DNA from: Azolla caroliniana
Taxonomy: Eukaryota > Plantae > Polypodiophyta
Assembly (NCBI GenBank): GCA_043228905.1
Contig: JBHGNT010000009.1
Location: 372,001-436,000, forward strand
Length of the DNA stretch: 64,000 bases
Reading direction: 5' to 3'
The position numbers and the translations under genes were made by a program. The notes below the pieces were generated by a model that worked only from the letters and a program-made list of their open reading frames with translations, had not been told where the DNA came from and made no database searches. This document shows, piece after piece, positions 21,527-36,150 of the stretch (the first letter of the stretch is position 1; every line of letters starts with the position of its first letter).

Positions 21527-23564
21527 ACCCTAAATCAAATCAAATCAAATCAAATCAAATCCTCCTCCTCCTCCTCAGGGAATGTTTGTCAAATCTGGTG
21601 GAGGATTTACTGTAACTAAGGGAAATCCAATCTCACCCCTAATTCTTGATTTCTTTCTCCTCCCATCTCCCCACTTTACCTCTTCAAATTCCGTTATATT
21701 TTCCCTCTGACTGATGCCCCCCTCCTCCTCCTCCTCCTCCTCCTCTTCTTTCGATCGATCGATCGATGACCTCTTCTCCAGCAAATTATAATCCTTGCCC
21801 GTTTGGTGCCAGCAATTCTAATATGGTTAATGGATCGATCCCCTGAATCCACTCTTTTGAACTGTCATTTAAAGGCAATTTGGTGGAAACATAGAAAAGC
21901 TCTAAGGGGCATTTGGAGAAATAACTGAAACTCGGGGGGATGAACAACTTAAATATATTTTCGATTACATCCTTCCGACCCAACCCGACCCAAGCAAGCA
22001 AGCAAGTCGAACAACATATCTGTACACAATATCGAGCCTAAACGAGGAGGCCGTGCCCCAACATAAGATGAATTTGTATTTGGTATTATACATATATGTA
22101 TGTACACAAACATATATTGTTCATTACTTCTTATACGATTCGAGTTATTAATATTCTTCTTGATCTCTTTCTCGATTTTTATCATCGGGTTCCTCCTCGT
22201 CCACGATAATCTTATGATTGGTGAAACATCGTGCCCATTCTTCCCGGCTCCCCGGCTCCGAAGAGCATTCATGTACACCTATGAAACCAGTAGTTATTTA
22301 GTTTACTCATTCTGTTATAGCTGCATGATAATTTCCCCCCCTTGACCTCAATAATGTTAGGATTTATCTCTATATGCTTGTAGAAGCCAAGTTTAAGTCT
22401 TCTTTTCAATGATGTTAAATGCCATTTGTTAGTATTGTTATTCATGCCACAGCCACCCATGTGAGGTTGTTTACCTAAGTAAAGACTTGAAAACATATCA
22501 AAAGTCTTGTTTCGTATGTGAATTGGTCTTAAAATTCGATTGATGGGTTAGGCTCAATGTGAATTCAATTCTCCTATTCACATGTAAATTGCAACTTGCA
22601 TCTATTAGAGGTCATTTGCAACCCACCTCTTGACAATATGTAGTTTATTGCATTACTGTAACAACATTAATGCACAAGACCACAAGCAAATAGGATTGTG
22701 ATTCAACAAGTTACAATATTCTTCTCTTAATGCAAAAAATATCCAATGCATCTTCATTTCCTAACATCATTAGAATTTAGGATGCAATTAATATGAAAAG
22801 TTAAAGTCAGTGGTTGCATTTTAACTCATTTTATAGGGGAAGATGAGAGATTGAACTTCAAGGATGGTTACAAGGCTAATGAGGAGTTTCTTGCAAGGCT
22901 AGAGTGCACACACATGTGTGTACACACACTAGAGATCGGTTTGTGAGATGAATTAAAGGTAGTATAGAATGTAGACAATTAATTCCAAAACATCCGGTTC
23001 ATTGAGGGAGAAACAAAGAGGAGAGGATTTGGCAAAGTGATACTAGATCAACAAGTAAGCATAAATCCCAAGGGTAAATGAAGTAATAGGCAATATGGTT
23101 CTCGTGAAATGATTAAGGAATGAAGAAATGATTTGACAATATGCCAAATTACTAGTGAAGGAATGAAGGTCTAATTCTCAACTAAAATGCATTATGAATG
23201 TGGGAAGCATGCAAGGGAATCAAGTAACTAAAATGAGGAATCCTCGAGTAACCCAAATGTGGCATGTAATGCACATGAAGAATTGCAAAATATCTAGGCC
23301 ATGGAGGGAGAAACAATGTGGAGGGAGAAACAATGTGGACTCAGCAAAGTGACAATCGTGTCGTGATGTTTGTAAAGGGAGAAATGTGCAAAAAAGTTAA
23401 GTTGTATAGAGGCTTGAATTCTTGTCAAAGTGGTCAACTAGAAGAAAAAGTGGTAATAATATGGATGTATACGTCAATTGGTAAGAGCTAGCCATTGGTA
23501 ACAAAAGGGTCAAGAGTTCAAAAGCTTGTAAGGGTGACATAATGGAAAATATGAATCATAATAC

Positions 23565-23785
23565 ATAAGTGATGATGAGAAAGCATGCACTAAATGTGGA
23601 AAAGTATGAGTTATAATGCATAAGTGATGACAAGAAAGCATGCACTAAAGCCAAGCACCCATGGAAGGATAAGGTCAAGAACATGCTCAAAAGAAAAAGG
23701 AGTGGTGCATCCTAAGAAGCACCCATGGAAGGATAAGGAAAAGCACATGCTCAAAAGAAAAAGTAGTGGCACATCCTAAGAAGCA
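23565..23785 (+). repeat. Short direct duplications (~60-65 bp x2) in a degraded repeat region
   Basis: cataagtgatga..agaaagcatgcactaaa occurs twice, and aagcacccatggaaggataagg...catcctaagaagca occurs twice. Confidence 0.6.
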
Positions 23786-26700
23786 AGGATTCTATTTCCA
23801 TCTAGCAAAATGCTCTTGAAAGCAAGAGAAGTCATTGTTGGGTTCAGGTTCACAGGGGCACATGAAAGCCTAGGATGGCCGTGGTGACATCGTTGTATCT
23901 TGTAGACTCATAACACCAAATCAAGGATATCCCTCCAACTTTTTTTATCCTAATTTCTTCTCACCTTATGACAACAAGTTCAAAATCTTGTGTATTTTTT
24001 AATCAATTTTTTTGAAACCCTATTGTAATATGCAACATTTATAGTTGTTGTCTTCGTAATCTATTTATTTCTAGAAACATATCCTTACAAGTTTTAAGTC
24101 AAGAGACAACTAAAGCTCGAAGAAAGACGCAACAAAAGGATAATAATGCAACGGTACCATCAACAAGCTAATCCTTTCTTTAGGCTCAGTGTGAGTAGTT
24201 TTTTGTAAGACTCTCCACAAGTGAAAATGTTATGGAGATGTTATTTTATGCAGGCAAAGCAAACCACTCAACATCTGCAAAGGCCCAACATGAAAGAAAT
24301 GCTCTGGAAGACTCAAGAGAGCGCTCTTATATTCTTGTAGAAATCGTAAAGACACTCTATCATGTAGGCCCCAGTGGACCAACCATTATCCGCGAAGTGA
24401 AAATAGATATGGTAAAAGTATGCTCTTCCAATCAAGAAGAAACTAAAGGAATTCAAGATTATACGTGCCAATTTTGGGGAGCAACAAACTTAGAGCCCAC
24501 ATCGCTAAATCCTGTAGATTTTATGTCCTTCCATTGCGCAATGATCACATGTCAAATATTTACCAAAGAGCTTGGTCTATTCCCCTTGATATGCCAAGCT
24601 TTAGGGGAGTGAAAGAGGGCTAGCAAAAGCAAGGAGGAGAAATTCAAGCTAGTCATAAAAGTGGTTGATTGAGTGAACATAGTTTAGCTTGATTAAGTGG
24701 CATACTGACATGACAGGTTCAACCACATATGTGTGTGTGCGTGCGTGCGTGCGTGTGTTAATTTTCACTATTGACTTTTTAGAATAGGATATGGCTTTCC
24801 AATGAATGACGGGATACAATACCCCTCAATCTCCAATTATTATTATATTGATCCAAAGTTCTATATGTATTTTCAGAGAGCTATCCCCCCTTCTTACGTA
24901 GATTGTTGATTATCCTTGAGTTATAGTTGACTATCTCTTGGTTTTTTTTAGTTGCATTGTTTAATCACCCCTCCATTTGCCTAATACATCGTCTTGGTGA
25001 ATATTGTGTATTATCTATCTTTCTCTCTTATACACAGACACACATGCATGCATATCTTAGTCTACTTTCCTTCATAAATTTGTATTATCCAATTATTTAA
25101 ATGATTCACAAAGTCACCTCGAGAGCTTCTTGTATGCAATGACCCGCTCGTCAACATGTGCGATGACATGGTAGTTGTCTTCAAGTGATTCAGCTCAAAT
25201 GGCAACCAAACCCTTCCCCTTATCTTCAATGATCAATTAATGTAACATTACTCCTCTTCTTCTCTTGTAAGTGTTGTTGCTTAGCCCCCTTGCATGTTTT
25301 TGTCAAGTCTTTTAATGTTCTTCCTTCATAACATGTAGTAGATTAACTTTACTCTCATACCACTTGCTGGAGTTAGTGGGTCCTACCTATACCATGACTA
25401 CAAGGAAGAATGTAAAACAATGATAGAAGTTGGAGAGTTTGCATAACACTCAAAGATACAATGAGATGGTGCACGATTTCAATCTTATTGTCAGAGAATG
25501 GAGGCTCCAATAATGACAATAGACGGTACAAGGTCATGTAGAGTTCTCCCTCTCTCACTCAATAAAGAAATCTCTACACCTTAAAGACGAACCACACCTA
25601 CTCATATTTGTTCTTTAGCATGGGCCAACCTTATTGCCCTTTCCCTCTACTACTATGTGTGGCTTTCCTATTTAGATAACTTAGTTTATGTCCAAGAAAT
25701 GAACACCAATCATGGCAAATTGATTCATTGTCTTCCTATTTGGCTTGACAATCATTATATTCATAATTTATGGTGTCACTCTTTAGACTTCTCTTGTCTC
25801 CCTTAGGGGTAACTTAGGATCACGGATTACATCTTCTTCCTGTGCTGTTTTTTTTTTTAGTAACACTCTTATTACTAGTGGGAAACCTCAAAGTGAGGTG
25901 AAAACCCACAAAGAATAAAGAGAAATATACAAGTGTCGATCAGACACTAAAGAGCTTAAAAGCACTCAAAGTAAAGAGTGTAAATTTGTAGTGTGATGTC
26001 TCTGTTTTTCTGCTTCTGCTCCTCCATCTACTCATATCAAAATCCTCTCAATTGAAGCCATTTATTTACTCTTGCTCATTCACCCACTCATCAACATTTT
26101 ACCACTCCACTCTCTGCCAATCATCTAACCCCTTTCTCATATGCCCATCCGATCCCTCATGAATTCGTAGATCGTGTCCTTCCTTGGGTCCTCCTATTTG
26201 ATCGTCCAATATTTGTGACAGTTTATGATAAGAGTATATCTTCAAGACAACTAGGAATTTATGTCAGCAAGAAGTGCTACCTATTTATCACGAATGAGGA
26301 CTCTCTAATGTGGTCAAGACAACCAATGGTACATGGGCTAGCTAATAGATTGAAAACCATGTTGTAGGCAATGGAACCTTAGAGAGAGCTTTCGGGTTAG
26401 TTCTTCACTCCACGATTGAATTAAATGCACCTATACATATATGCTCAATGAGCAAAGGATCAATAACTCCCATTGATGAGTGACAACTCCCAATGTATCA
26501 AACCTCTCTCTTTGTAATCAACCTTTACATTGTGGCTCTCTACTCTATCGTTAAGGCTCTATGTTTGTATTGTGTGCTCTTTGTTGCATATGTGTTAATG
26601 GATTGTCTCTTTTTCCGAGTGATTGACATGGTATTAGAGTTATAGGGGTGCTTGCACTTGTTGCTCAAATACAATTGTGAAGGAGTCGATTTGGTTAAGT

Positions 26701-29599
26701 CAATGCAAATGGGTTCAACAAATCGTGCTGGAAAACAAGCTCTTGGTCAAGTGAGGACACGATAACCGATAATGTGAGAGGAAGCTCAATGAAATGAACT
26801 ACATGTTGTGGAAGTTGATAATGTCCACTACATTAGACACCATTTGGACTTGACACCAAGCTAATGTGAGCAAAAGACTCAAAGAACCTGATAGCCACAA
26901 TCACTTCGATAACAAGTGGCATTCTAATGTGGGAAAGGTGGAATGCATGTGCGTGTACATGATTTTCGTAAGGATAACTACTTTGGCATTAACAATTATT
27001 TGGCACATGCAAATGTAGTGGATACTTGGAAAACTCTACACAATAAGACAAAAATCCAAAAACCTTAGTATTAGTTAGCCTTTGAGACTAGTGGCTTGTG
27101 CAGCTAGTTCGGTAGTTGTTGGGGAGGTTGTCATATCACATTAGAAAATCAACTTTTATGGGGAGTTGGTGTAGATGGAGCTCATATTTCTCATACAATA
27201 TACAAGAGCCACCTAATATGTAATTTTAAAGAGTTGCATAGTCATCATGGCTTGTGCATATAAATAATATGATATGCCCATTTTGAGATGCATGTTGCCA
27301 ATCATTCCTTATTATATAAGCTCTCCTTCTCAATGGAAGTGCAATACGTACATTTTAGTCTTACTCATTTTTAACGCATAGTGTATTTTTTGTGGAATTA
27401 TTTGGCCCTAACTTGAAAAGACAATTCGATGAAAAATTGTCAAGTGAACTGATGTTATTGGAGTAATTCATTCTCGTGATATATTTATCCTACTAGTACC
27501 CTTATGGTTGGAGGGCTTATATTGTGAAAATATATGGCAATCCTTGTAAACAAACATTAATCTCTACTTTTTTAGATTTAATATTATTTACTCAACCATG
27601 TTTTCGGGTGTTTTGAACACAAACATCACCCCCCAATTTGTCCTTGCCATGTATTTTATGTGCTCTATGCATAATAGATTTCTTAACTTGAAATATGTAC
27701 AACTTAGACATTCTTGTCATTTAACTACAAAAATCAACATGTTGACAAGCTAGAGTAGTTTGATTGTGCGTGCATTAGTTTCCAAAACGATTAAGTTTTC
27801 AAATCAAATAAACATTTTTATCAATACCATTGAAAACAAAAGCTAGGCTTTTTTAGACTTAATTTAGCATTTATTGTCGAAGATGAGTCCATTCAAGAAA
27901 ACTTATAAAATAAGTAAGAAGTGTTTAATTGAAACACGCTCAATAATGTACACAATAACTATGGGCATGTGACTAAGAAGTATATTATTATTAGGATCTC
28001 AAAAGTAAGCAAAACTTTACTGAATTGACACGAACAAGTTGTGCGCACAAAAATTGTGGGAGTCCGCATATGTCTAGTACTTTCGTTAGGCCCTTTTCAT
28101 GCATTGAATTTGCATAGGCATTATCATTCGCAAATACAAACTGGTTTCTTAGGGGTCTTATCCTCTTCAAAAGAAGGTGGGTTACGAAATTTTTGGAAGA
28201 GCTATGCATGAAAATTAGCAAACAATTAGTGTATTCTCCTTGCTTAATTTTAGAGCAAAGATGGAATATCAAGAAAATTCTTTAGTTGTTAATTAACCAA
28301 TACTAAAATCTTCGTTAATTCGATCTATGAATAAATAAATATAAACATATGTATATACTTCTAGATAGTAGCAAGAAAATGATTGATTTGCTCTAAATTA
28401 TGTCATTTTTTGAAAACGGGCCCCAAATTTCGATAAAAATGCCACTTGAGTAGGTTAACTATGAGAACATGCACGGCACTATTTTATCATGTTGTGTAAC
28501 ATCTACACACAATAACCAAAAGTCTATAAGAGGGTTCACTACTAATTATGCATGATTTACTATTAGTATTATGAAACATCATGCACCTCATTGAAAACAT
28601 GATGTAATGTTAGACTTATGGTTTAGGACCTTTGAGGAGTTTTGATTTCTAGCTCGTTCCAGCCTAATGTGAAAGACTCAACCAAAGTGAAACGAAGTGG
28701 TACACTTTCAAGAGTTCTATCAACTTTCAATGTATGTTTCTATCTTCTATGTTTATGATCTCTAAATGAAATAAGAATGATTTTGAGAGCATTCTCATTT
28801 CATTGGCATGGTGATCATTCGTTAAAATGCATCAATTATAGGATGAAAAGACACTACATTGACCAAGTACATAAGATATTGCCTCAATTTGCATGTGATT
28901 TGTTGCATTACTCATTCTAGGATATATATGACCCAACTTACGTCCATCATCCATTTCTTGGTTATTTGTCGTTTATAATGGTTTATTACTCCAACTTTGC
29001 ATGTTACTTTCATCATTAGTATATATTTCATACTTATAAAATATAAGCTGGATCTCGTGGATTCATCATTCATCAAAGGGAAATGCCATAAAGCTTGTAT
29101 AAACCACAATGTGACACCTTTAAGTGGTCACTGGTATGTACTATGTATGTACCCATTTACCGCATTGTATACATTGGCATGAAATCCCATGGAGATTTCA
29201 AAACATACAAGCATATTTAGATTATTTTCTCCCGACATCCTCAATAGAATAGGGGTGAATGTTATTAAGTCAAGACATGCCCTTGATCAATAAAACAAAG
29301 TGGAAGTTAAAGCCATACCTTTTTGTTTGAGTTATGCTTGTGAAAAAGACAAAGAAAGGTCGATGATGAGGTTACATTGCTAGTTTCACACTCAAGTTGG
29401 TCAAAAGTTGCATCTTAATTCCAAGTTATCTCCATCTACATGGTTGGAATCTTTTTTTGCTTATATTTATTTGTTCAATATTCTTCTACATTTAAACATG
29501 GAGTTGCCGATTTAAGAAATCATGAGTTCGAATGCTTGGAATAATCAATTGATGGCATTCCTAGATATAATCAATCCACATAGTAGTAAAAATGACCAA

Positions 29600-30700
29600 A
29601 TGGAATTCACCCAGCTATTATTAGAAGCAATGATGGTTAGAGTTCATAAAAAGCACCTTGTAAGGCCTATACAATAGGGGGCTTGTCTCCAAATAATGCA
29701 AGACTTTTTAACTTCCAAAAAACATGGATAAGTAAGAATGTAAGGCTTTAACATGCTGGAAACATGGATTGCTAAGATGTGTGATGGCAAAACATGCCAA
29801 CGCCATTGTGACAAAAGCCACTAATTCAATTGTAATTTGACCACATGTAAGTAATGAGTAGAAGACTTTGGATTGCCATTTACCTTTACTAAGTTTGTTA
29901 AGTGCGTGGTTATGTTGCAAGCTATCACATATTTATGTTGAGCAAGGAAATTCTCATCTTAGAACAATGCCTGTACCCTTGATGTCTTCATCATGTTTTT
30001 TATTTGCTTAGCATACAAATCTATTGGTGTGAATACAAAACAACTCTACTCAAAGATCCATGGCAAGACCAAAGAACTGATGCTCTAAGGGATTCCAAGA
30101 TGATAACAAGAATCACCACAAATTGTTATGTGAGCAACAATGAACAATAATTTAAGGCTTTTGAAAGAACTATTAACACACTCTTTAGCAATAATGAATA
30201 ATACAATGGGTAGGTATTAGCTAGAATCAAAATTGAATTTCAAATATTTTGCTATTGAGAAGTCGAGTATATAGTGAACCTTCCCAACAAGAAAGATATA
30301 ATGTTTTGGAGTGCTTACATCTTCCTCAACAAATTTCATAACTTCCTCAACACATGATGAGCAAAATATAGGAAGAGGGAAGGAATTGTACATTGTATTG
30401 CATGTGTCTAACTAAGTATGTCTGATGCTCTACATGTGACAACGTCAATCCATCAAATTATGTGGATCACACAAAAGACAATGAATGCTACGTTACTAAA
30501 AGTGTGAAGATGTTGCTTAGGGAAAGCATGTGCACTAAACAATTGATAAGGTCCACGTGTTCCTCATTAGAGTTCATAAGTTTCCAAGAACATGGAGAGC
30601 AACATGTATCAAGAGGAGTAATAGATGTTGATGACAATCATACATGTTTTGCTAAGTATTTGTTATATTAAAACATGTGGATTGAGGCTTAATTGGTGAC
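29600..30700 (-). pseudogene. Highly degraded copia RT/RNase H remnant
   Basis: Short - strand frame AITHLSNPCFQHVKAL resembles the copia RNase H AIxLxxNPVFHxRxKH motif. The rest is broken by stops. Confidence 0.3.
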
Positions 30701-31416
30701 ATTTACCAAGGCATCTAAACCGAACATTTCATCAAGTTCCACAAACACAAAAAGCGCAAGACCAATGCAATACAACAACACACAGACTCCATAGATCTTC
30801 ATCTAAGTAGAGTCTAACACTACCCAGAGTTGTTCATCAAGGTTCACAAACACACAGAAAAGCACAAGGTTTGCGCGATATAATAGCAACATTATTAAAG
30901 TCCTTAGGATGCATGTTTAGCTGAGTAGAGCCTAGCAATGCTTGGTTGTGGAAAAGATCAGGTGAGCAGATCCAAAATTGGTTGTGGGAAGGGGCAGATA
31001 TGTATCACCCGAAATTCATGTCTTGCCAATAGAATGTATTGCAATCGGGTGGTTCTTTCTGGGGCCGTAATGTAATGTCGGGTGCAGAGGGAGGAAGCGG
31101 GGCGAGGCGAGAGAGATGAGATGATGAGGCCAATAGGTAGCCATCCCCTGAGTTCTTCACAACTTCACAACTTCCCAAGCAACAAGAACTAGAATTCCTG
31201 CCTCAAATTTGAAATGAAGAGGACTTTTTTTGACATTGGAGTGAGTGAATGAGAAGGAAAAGGAAGGAAGGAAAGAAAGAAGGAAAGAAGAAACAGAGTA
31301 CCCCTCCCTCCTCTTCTCTTCTCTTCTCTCTGATCTCATCGCGCTCTCTGGCTCCTTCTGCTCTCTCAAACTCTGTCGCAGCTTCTTCGATGCTCCCAGA
31401 TTAAGCAGAGAAGGTA

Positions 31417-34400
31417 ATGGAGAGGAAGAAAAGGCGTGGGAGGCCTCTTCCTAATAATGGCTCTGCTGATGCTGCACAGGTAAATAAAAAAGAAAACCTT
31501 CAAAAAGCCATACCTCCCCTTATTGCCCTCCCCGCTTTCTTTCTGTTCTGCTCTGTTCTTATCTTTTAATTTGAAGAAGAGAGAGTGGAGAAGGAGCCGT
31601 CCTTGATTCTTTTTTCTGCTCAGAATGGGTTTGAAAAAGGTCGGATCTCCAGTTGATATCTTGTTTTTACGTTTTTTGATGGAGATTCCATAAATTCTTG
31701 CATTATTCTCAGCATGAAGATTCCAGTTATATAAAAATTGCATTTTTTTACATGATGAAGATGCCATTAAACCTTGTATTATTATGCACAAGTACAGGAA
31801 TGTCCTACCAAATTCCTGTATATTGTATGGCATTTTATCTTTCATGTCTGAAGAGGAAACTCAGCCAGTTAGTAAGGAAATATTCCCAAGAACACTGTAT
31901 CATTTTTAAATTTTGCATTAGTCTTTGTGCATTGTAGAATGGAGATGGGCATATATGGCAAACAGAGGCGGAGGGTAACTCCATCAACAAAAAGATTGCT
32001 TCAAGTGATAGCCCAACACAACCTTATTTTCCACCATTCTATTGGCCATTTGCCCAACATCCATCAGGTCAGTCACAATCGGCATATGTTCGGATGCCAG
32101 GAGAGGCATCACATGCCCAGACACAGGCCCAAGCACAAACACAGGAACGACTGCAATCACAAGGAGCCCATCAATCTCTCCCTTCCGAAGGAGGGGGACC
32201 ACATCCCTCTCTCCACTCTACTTCAGGGGAGACTGCATGGCAACAAGGTGCCCCGAGACCCCCACCACCATTCTCCTTTCTACCACCACCATTGCCGGGT
32301 ATGTAGGTGTATTTTTTTGGGGATTTGCATGAATTCTAGCATAGAATTTTCATTTAAATTAGAGTTGCATTCATACCATATTTATGCTTAAGATTCAGGT
32401 TCCTTAAGAATGGAAAATGCTGATGTGTCTATAAACATATTAATGCTTAGATTGGGTTCACACAACTATGGAAATGCTGTAATGTAGTCACAAATGACGA
32501 GGAATAAAATAAATTCCATGCTTACATTGGGTTCACATAATGATATAAAAAATGAAGAAGAATAAGGGTGGCGAATTGTGATGGTGAAGAAAATTTTGGA
32601 GAAGGCATTGGTTAGAATTGTCTAGATTGGATTCACAATAACGGTGGAGAATTCTGATTTATATGCAAATGGTGAAGGAAATTTTGGGTAGAACTTCTTG
32701 GAATTGGTTCATATAAGATGTAATGTGGCCACAAACAGGTGAAGAAATACAGTTGAAAGGCATCTAAATGGAACTACTTTGATTGTGTATCACATAAGGT
32801 GGTGGATATTGGGATGCCATAGCAATTACCGAAAAACATATAGTCCATTGGCATTTGGATACAAATTCCTATATGTCCATTAGAAGGGGAAAAAAACTAG
32901 AGAAATGGATTGTGAAAACTCAAAAGTTCTTTCACCTGCTCTTATTATTGCATGCCTACTATTTAAAGGCAACAAGTGTATCATACAAATGAGCTATTTC
33001 ATAGCACATGTTTGCTGAAGAAATAAATCATTTCCTGCTCTAAAACAAGACTTTGGTCGGTCTTTATGTATATTCACAGGACCATGGGATCCATGGTGGG
33101 TTCATAATCCTTATCCACCACCCTTTCCGTATCTGTTTCCTGGCTATGGAAATGGGTATCCTTGTGCACCACCACCTATACTACCAATGGGGACAAACCA
33201 ACGTGGTCTCATAAAGCCGCCACCAGGCTTGTCACAAAAACATGTCCAAATGTGGGAAGCTCAGGTACCGTGTTTCTGTATCTATTGTTAGGTAATTTCT
33301 CTTCATTTACTTTTTTTGAATTGGGATAATATTGCTATCTTTAGAATCCCATCAATCTATCTAACCACCAGAATTTTATGCTTGGTTATTTTTCTCTACT
33401 CAAGTCTATGGAGAATATGCACCTTTGGACAACAACAACTCAGCTCTGGGCTGCAGTTGCAAGAGCCGATGCTGAGATCTCCCTCCAGAGAGGCAAGATT
33501 ATTAAGCTAGAGGCCGATGTTCAAGCAATGAAGGCACATCGAACTGAGTCCACCCTTCTCACTCCTCCATCAATCACAAAGAGAAGCCGGCACAAGAAAG
33601 CTACTCCTACTATGTCTCCAATTCCAACAATTTCCAATATACCTGATCGTGCCTCGGTGCCAGTTAGAAAGTTAAGGGCTAATGCTGAGAAGCTCGACTT
33701 GACCCAGAGAAAGGAACCTGAATTGGAAGAAAAAGAGAAGTACACAATAGCATGCCAAGCCATTGAAGAAGTATATCGACCAACTATGACAGGTACAAAA
33801 GAGTGCTCACTTATAGTAGATACAATTACAAATGAAGGTGGGTTACTTAAAAGCCCACGGAAGCATATGGAAGAATGCCAAGGATCCTCTGACAGCATGC
33901 TCGTCATGACCAAAGATGACTCAGCCTTTAGTCATTTAGATCATCACCTCAACCATTTTAGGCCTAGCACATTCCATGCAACGGGAAAGGATAACAATTT
34001 CAATCAAAGTCTTGGTATGAAAGAAAGCATTGTAAGCTTTTTGAAGAGTTCTGGCAATGTAGATCCCCAAGGTGTAATTGTTGGAGACTCTTCTTTTATG
34101 GCTGCAATGAATCAACAAACAAATTTATGTGTCAGAAACACAAACGGCTATGATGCAAGGAAGGATAGTACAAATGCAAGGTCATCATTACCTGGTGGAC
34201 ACTATAATGCCAATAATAACGTTGAGGAAAGTAACACACTTCGCTTGCAAAAAGTAATTCCAGGTTGGAGGTACATGGCCGAAAATGGATCTGAGCAAGA
34301 TGATGCTGTTGCCTCGGCCCAAGATGACGATGAACCTGATGAGGCTGAGGATGAGGATGATGAACCTAACATAGATGACATGAATAGCAAGAAAGTAGGG

Positions 34401-34445
34401 AATTGTACGGTTCTTGATCATCATCTGTCTATGAAGTGGCAATGA
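31417..34445 (+). CDS. Plant protein of unknown function (4 exons, ~549 aa; Pro-rich region, coiled coil, acidic C-terminus)
   Basis: Exons 31417-31479, 31938-32298, 33080-33264 and 33405-34445 have GT-AG introns and join in frame (1650 nt): MERKKRRGRP (NLS/AT-hook-like)...PFYWP...QRGLIKPPPGLSQKHVQMWEAQSMENMHLW...VIPGW...DDDEPDE. The QRG.I.PP..LSQKH..W motif is recalled from an uncharacterised land-plant family (not verified). Confidence 0.82.
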
Positions 34446-35382
34446 ATCAATGCCACCAACATGTGTGTATACTACCTAGATGATGATGATACCATTGTTG
34501 TAAGATGAAATCTTTCAAAATACATCAACTATCATTCAACTATGCATTTGTTATCAGCTAGAAATTTTGATGGCATTTTCGGAGTGAATTGGTTGGGTGT
34601 TTAAGTTATGACCAACGAAGGGACTCTCCTATTGTATAACTTGGAGAAAAATAATTACTTACATGTTTTAACTATATCCTGAAACCCTAGAATATGTTCA
34701 AATTTCAAATCATCTTTTCTCAGCTATGTTTTGTGTCTTTATAAGAAATATTATTTGATGAAAATCATGAACTCAAAATGGCACACATGTCTACCACTTG
34801 TAGTGAGCTCTTATGATTGATGTTGTTGAACCAAATTTATAACTTTATCATTAGCTTGCTAAAGTCAATATTTTGTGGTTCTCACAGTTTGTGCACTCAT
34901 TCATGGCACAAAGAGGTAGGTGGTAATGCGTCACTATTCAGCATTGTAGTTTTCCAATGTTATGATGAGTATCTCATAGTTATGTCACTTCTCTTGTGAA
35001 CACATATTTCCACTTTATAAAATCCATATGGAACCATTGTGAAATCCATATGCTAATTGTATTCGATGGTTCAAATAGTTTTCATGTGAGTATAATTCGA
35101 TTGTTCTTGCATGTCCACTAGTATCTTTTGTTATAATTGGATTAATGTCATATTTTTTTCCAAAGGCTACAAAGGGCATATTAATGCTAACTAGCTCTTT
35201 GGTCAAATCCATCTCTTCATTCTAGAAGCAAAAAGTATTGGTCATGCCACCCAACCATACTTGTGTCCCTGGGTCCTTACAAATTATATTCATCTAAAAA
35301 CAAGTTTTTGGGTAGACCCAATCTTGATGACCCTCAATTACTATTGTTGATATCTTAGTACTAATTCTCCATGAAAGTTACA

Positions 35383-36150
35383 TGTGTCACAATCACCCCT
35401 AATAGAATCATTTGGAACTATGAGGTTTGGGAAATCACTTATCTACCATTTGTGGCAAGATTTGGTATACTACCAAACCATGCACTACTTTTATCTTTGC
35501 ATGTGGGAATCCTAAGGATATGCTAGATGAGAAATGTGTCACAATCACCCTAATAGAATCATTTGGAACTTTGAGGTTTGGGAAATTATTTTATCTACCA
35601 ATTGTGGTAAGATTTGGTATACTCTACCAAACCAAACACTACTTCTTTTAGCTTTGCATGTGGGAATCCCGAGGATATGCTAGATGAGCAATGCATCACA
35701 AGCTAATAGAATCATTTGGAACTTTGAGGTTTAGGAAATCATTTTAACTACCAATTGTTGTAAGATTTGGTATGCTACCAAACCATACACTACTTCTTTT
35801 AGCTTTTCTTGTGGGAACCTTGAGGATATGCTAGATGAGCAATGTGTCACAAGCTAATAGAATCATTTGGAATTTTGCGGTTTAGGAAATCATTTTAACT
35901 ATCAATTGTTGTAAGATTTGGTATTCTACCAAACCATACACTACTTTTAGCTTTGCATGTGGGAATCCTGAGGATATGCTAAATGGGCAAAGTGTCACAA
36001 TCACCCCTAATAGAATCATTTGGAACTTTGAGGTTTGGGAAATCATTTTATCTACCAATTGTGGTAAGATTTGGTATACTACCAAACCATGCACTACTTC
36101 TTTTAGCTTTGAATGTGAGAATCATAAGGATATGCTAGGTGAGCAATGAC
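35383..36150. repeat. ~152-bp tandem repeat, about 5 copies
   Basis: Unit tgtgtcacaatcacccctaatagaatcatttggaactttgaggtttgggaaatc...ggatatgctagatgagcaa restarts at ~35383, 35535, 35691, 35843 and 35992. Confidence 0.92.

Noticed and set aside
24232-24612. 126-aa ORF
   Set aside because: No recognisable motif or splice context. It lies in degraded repeat-like sequence.
26200-27200. Possible degraded LTR element or TRIM (gaca-tggtattagag PBS-like at ~26630, ggggag PPT-like near 27120-27165)
   Set aside because: No second LTR, TSD or coding motif could be confirmed by eye.
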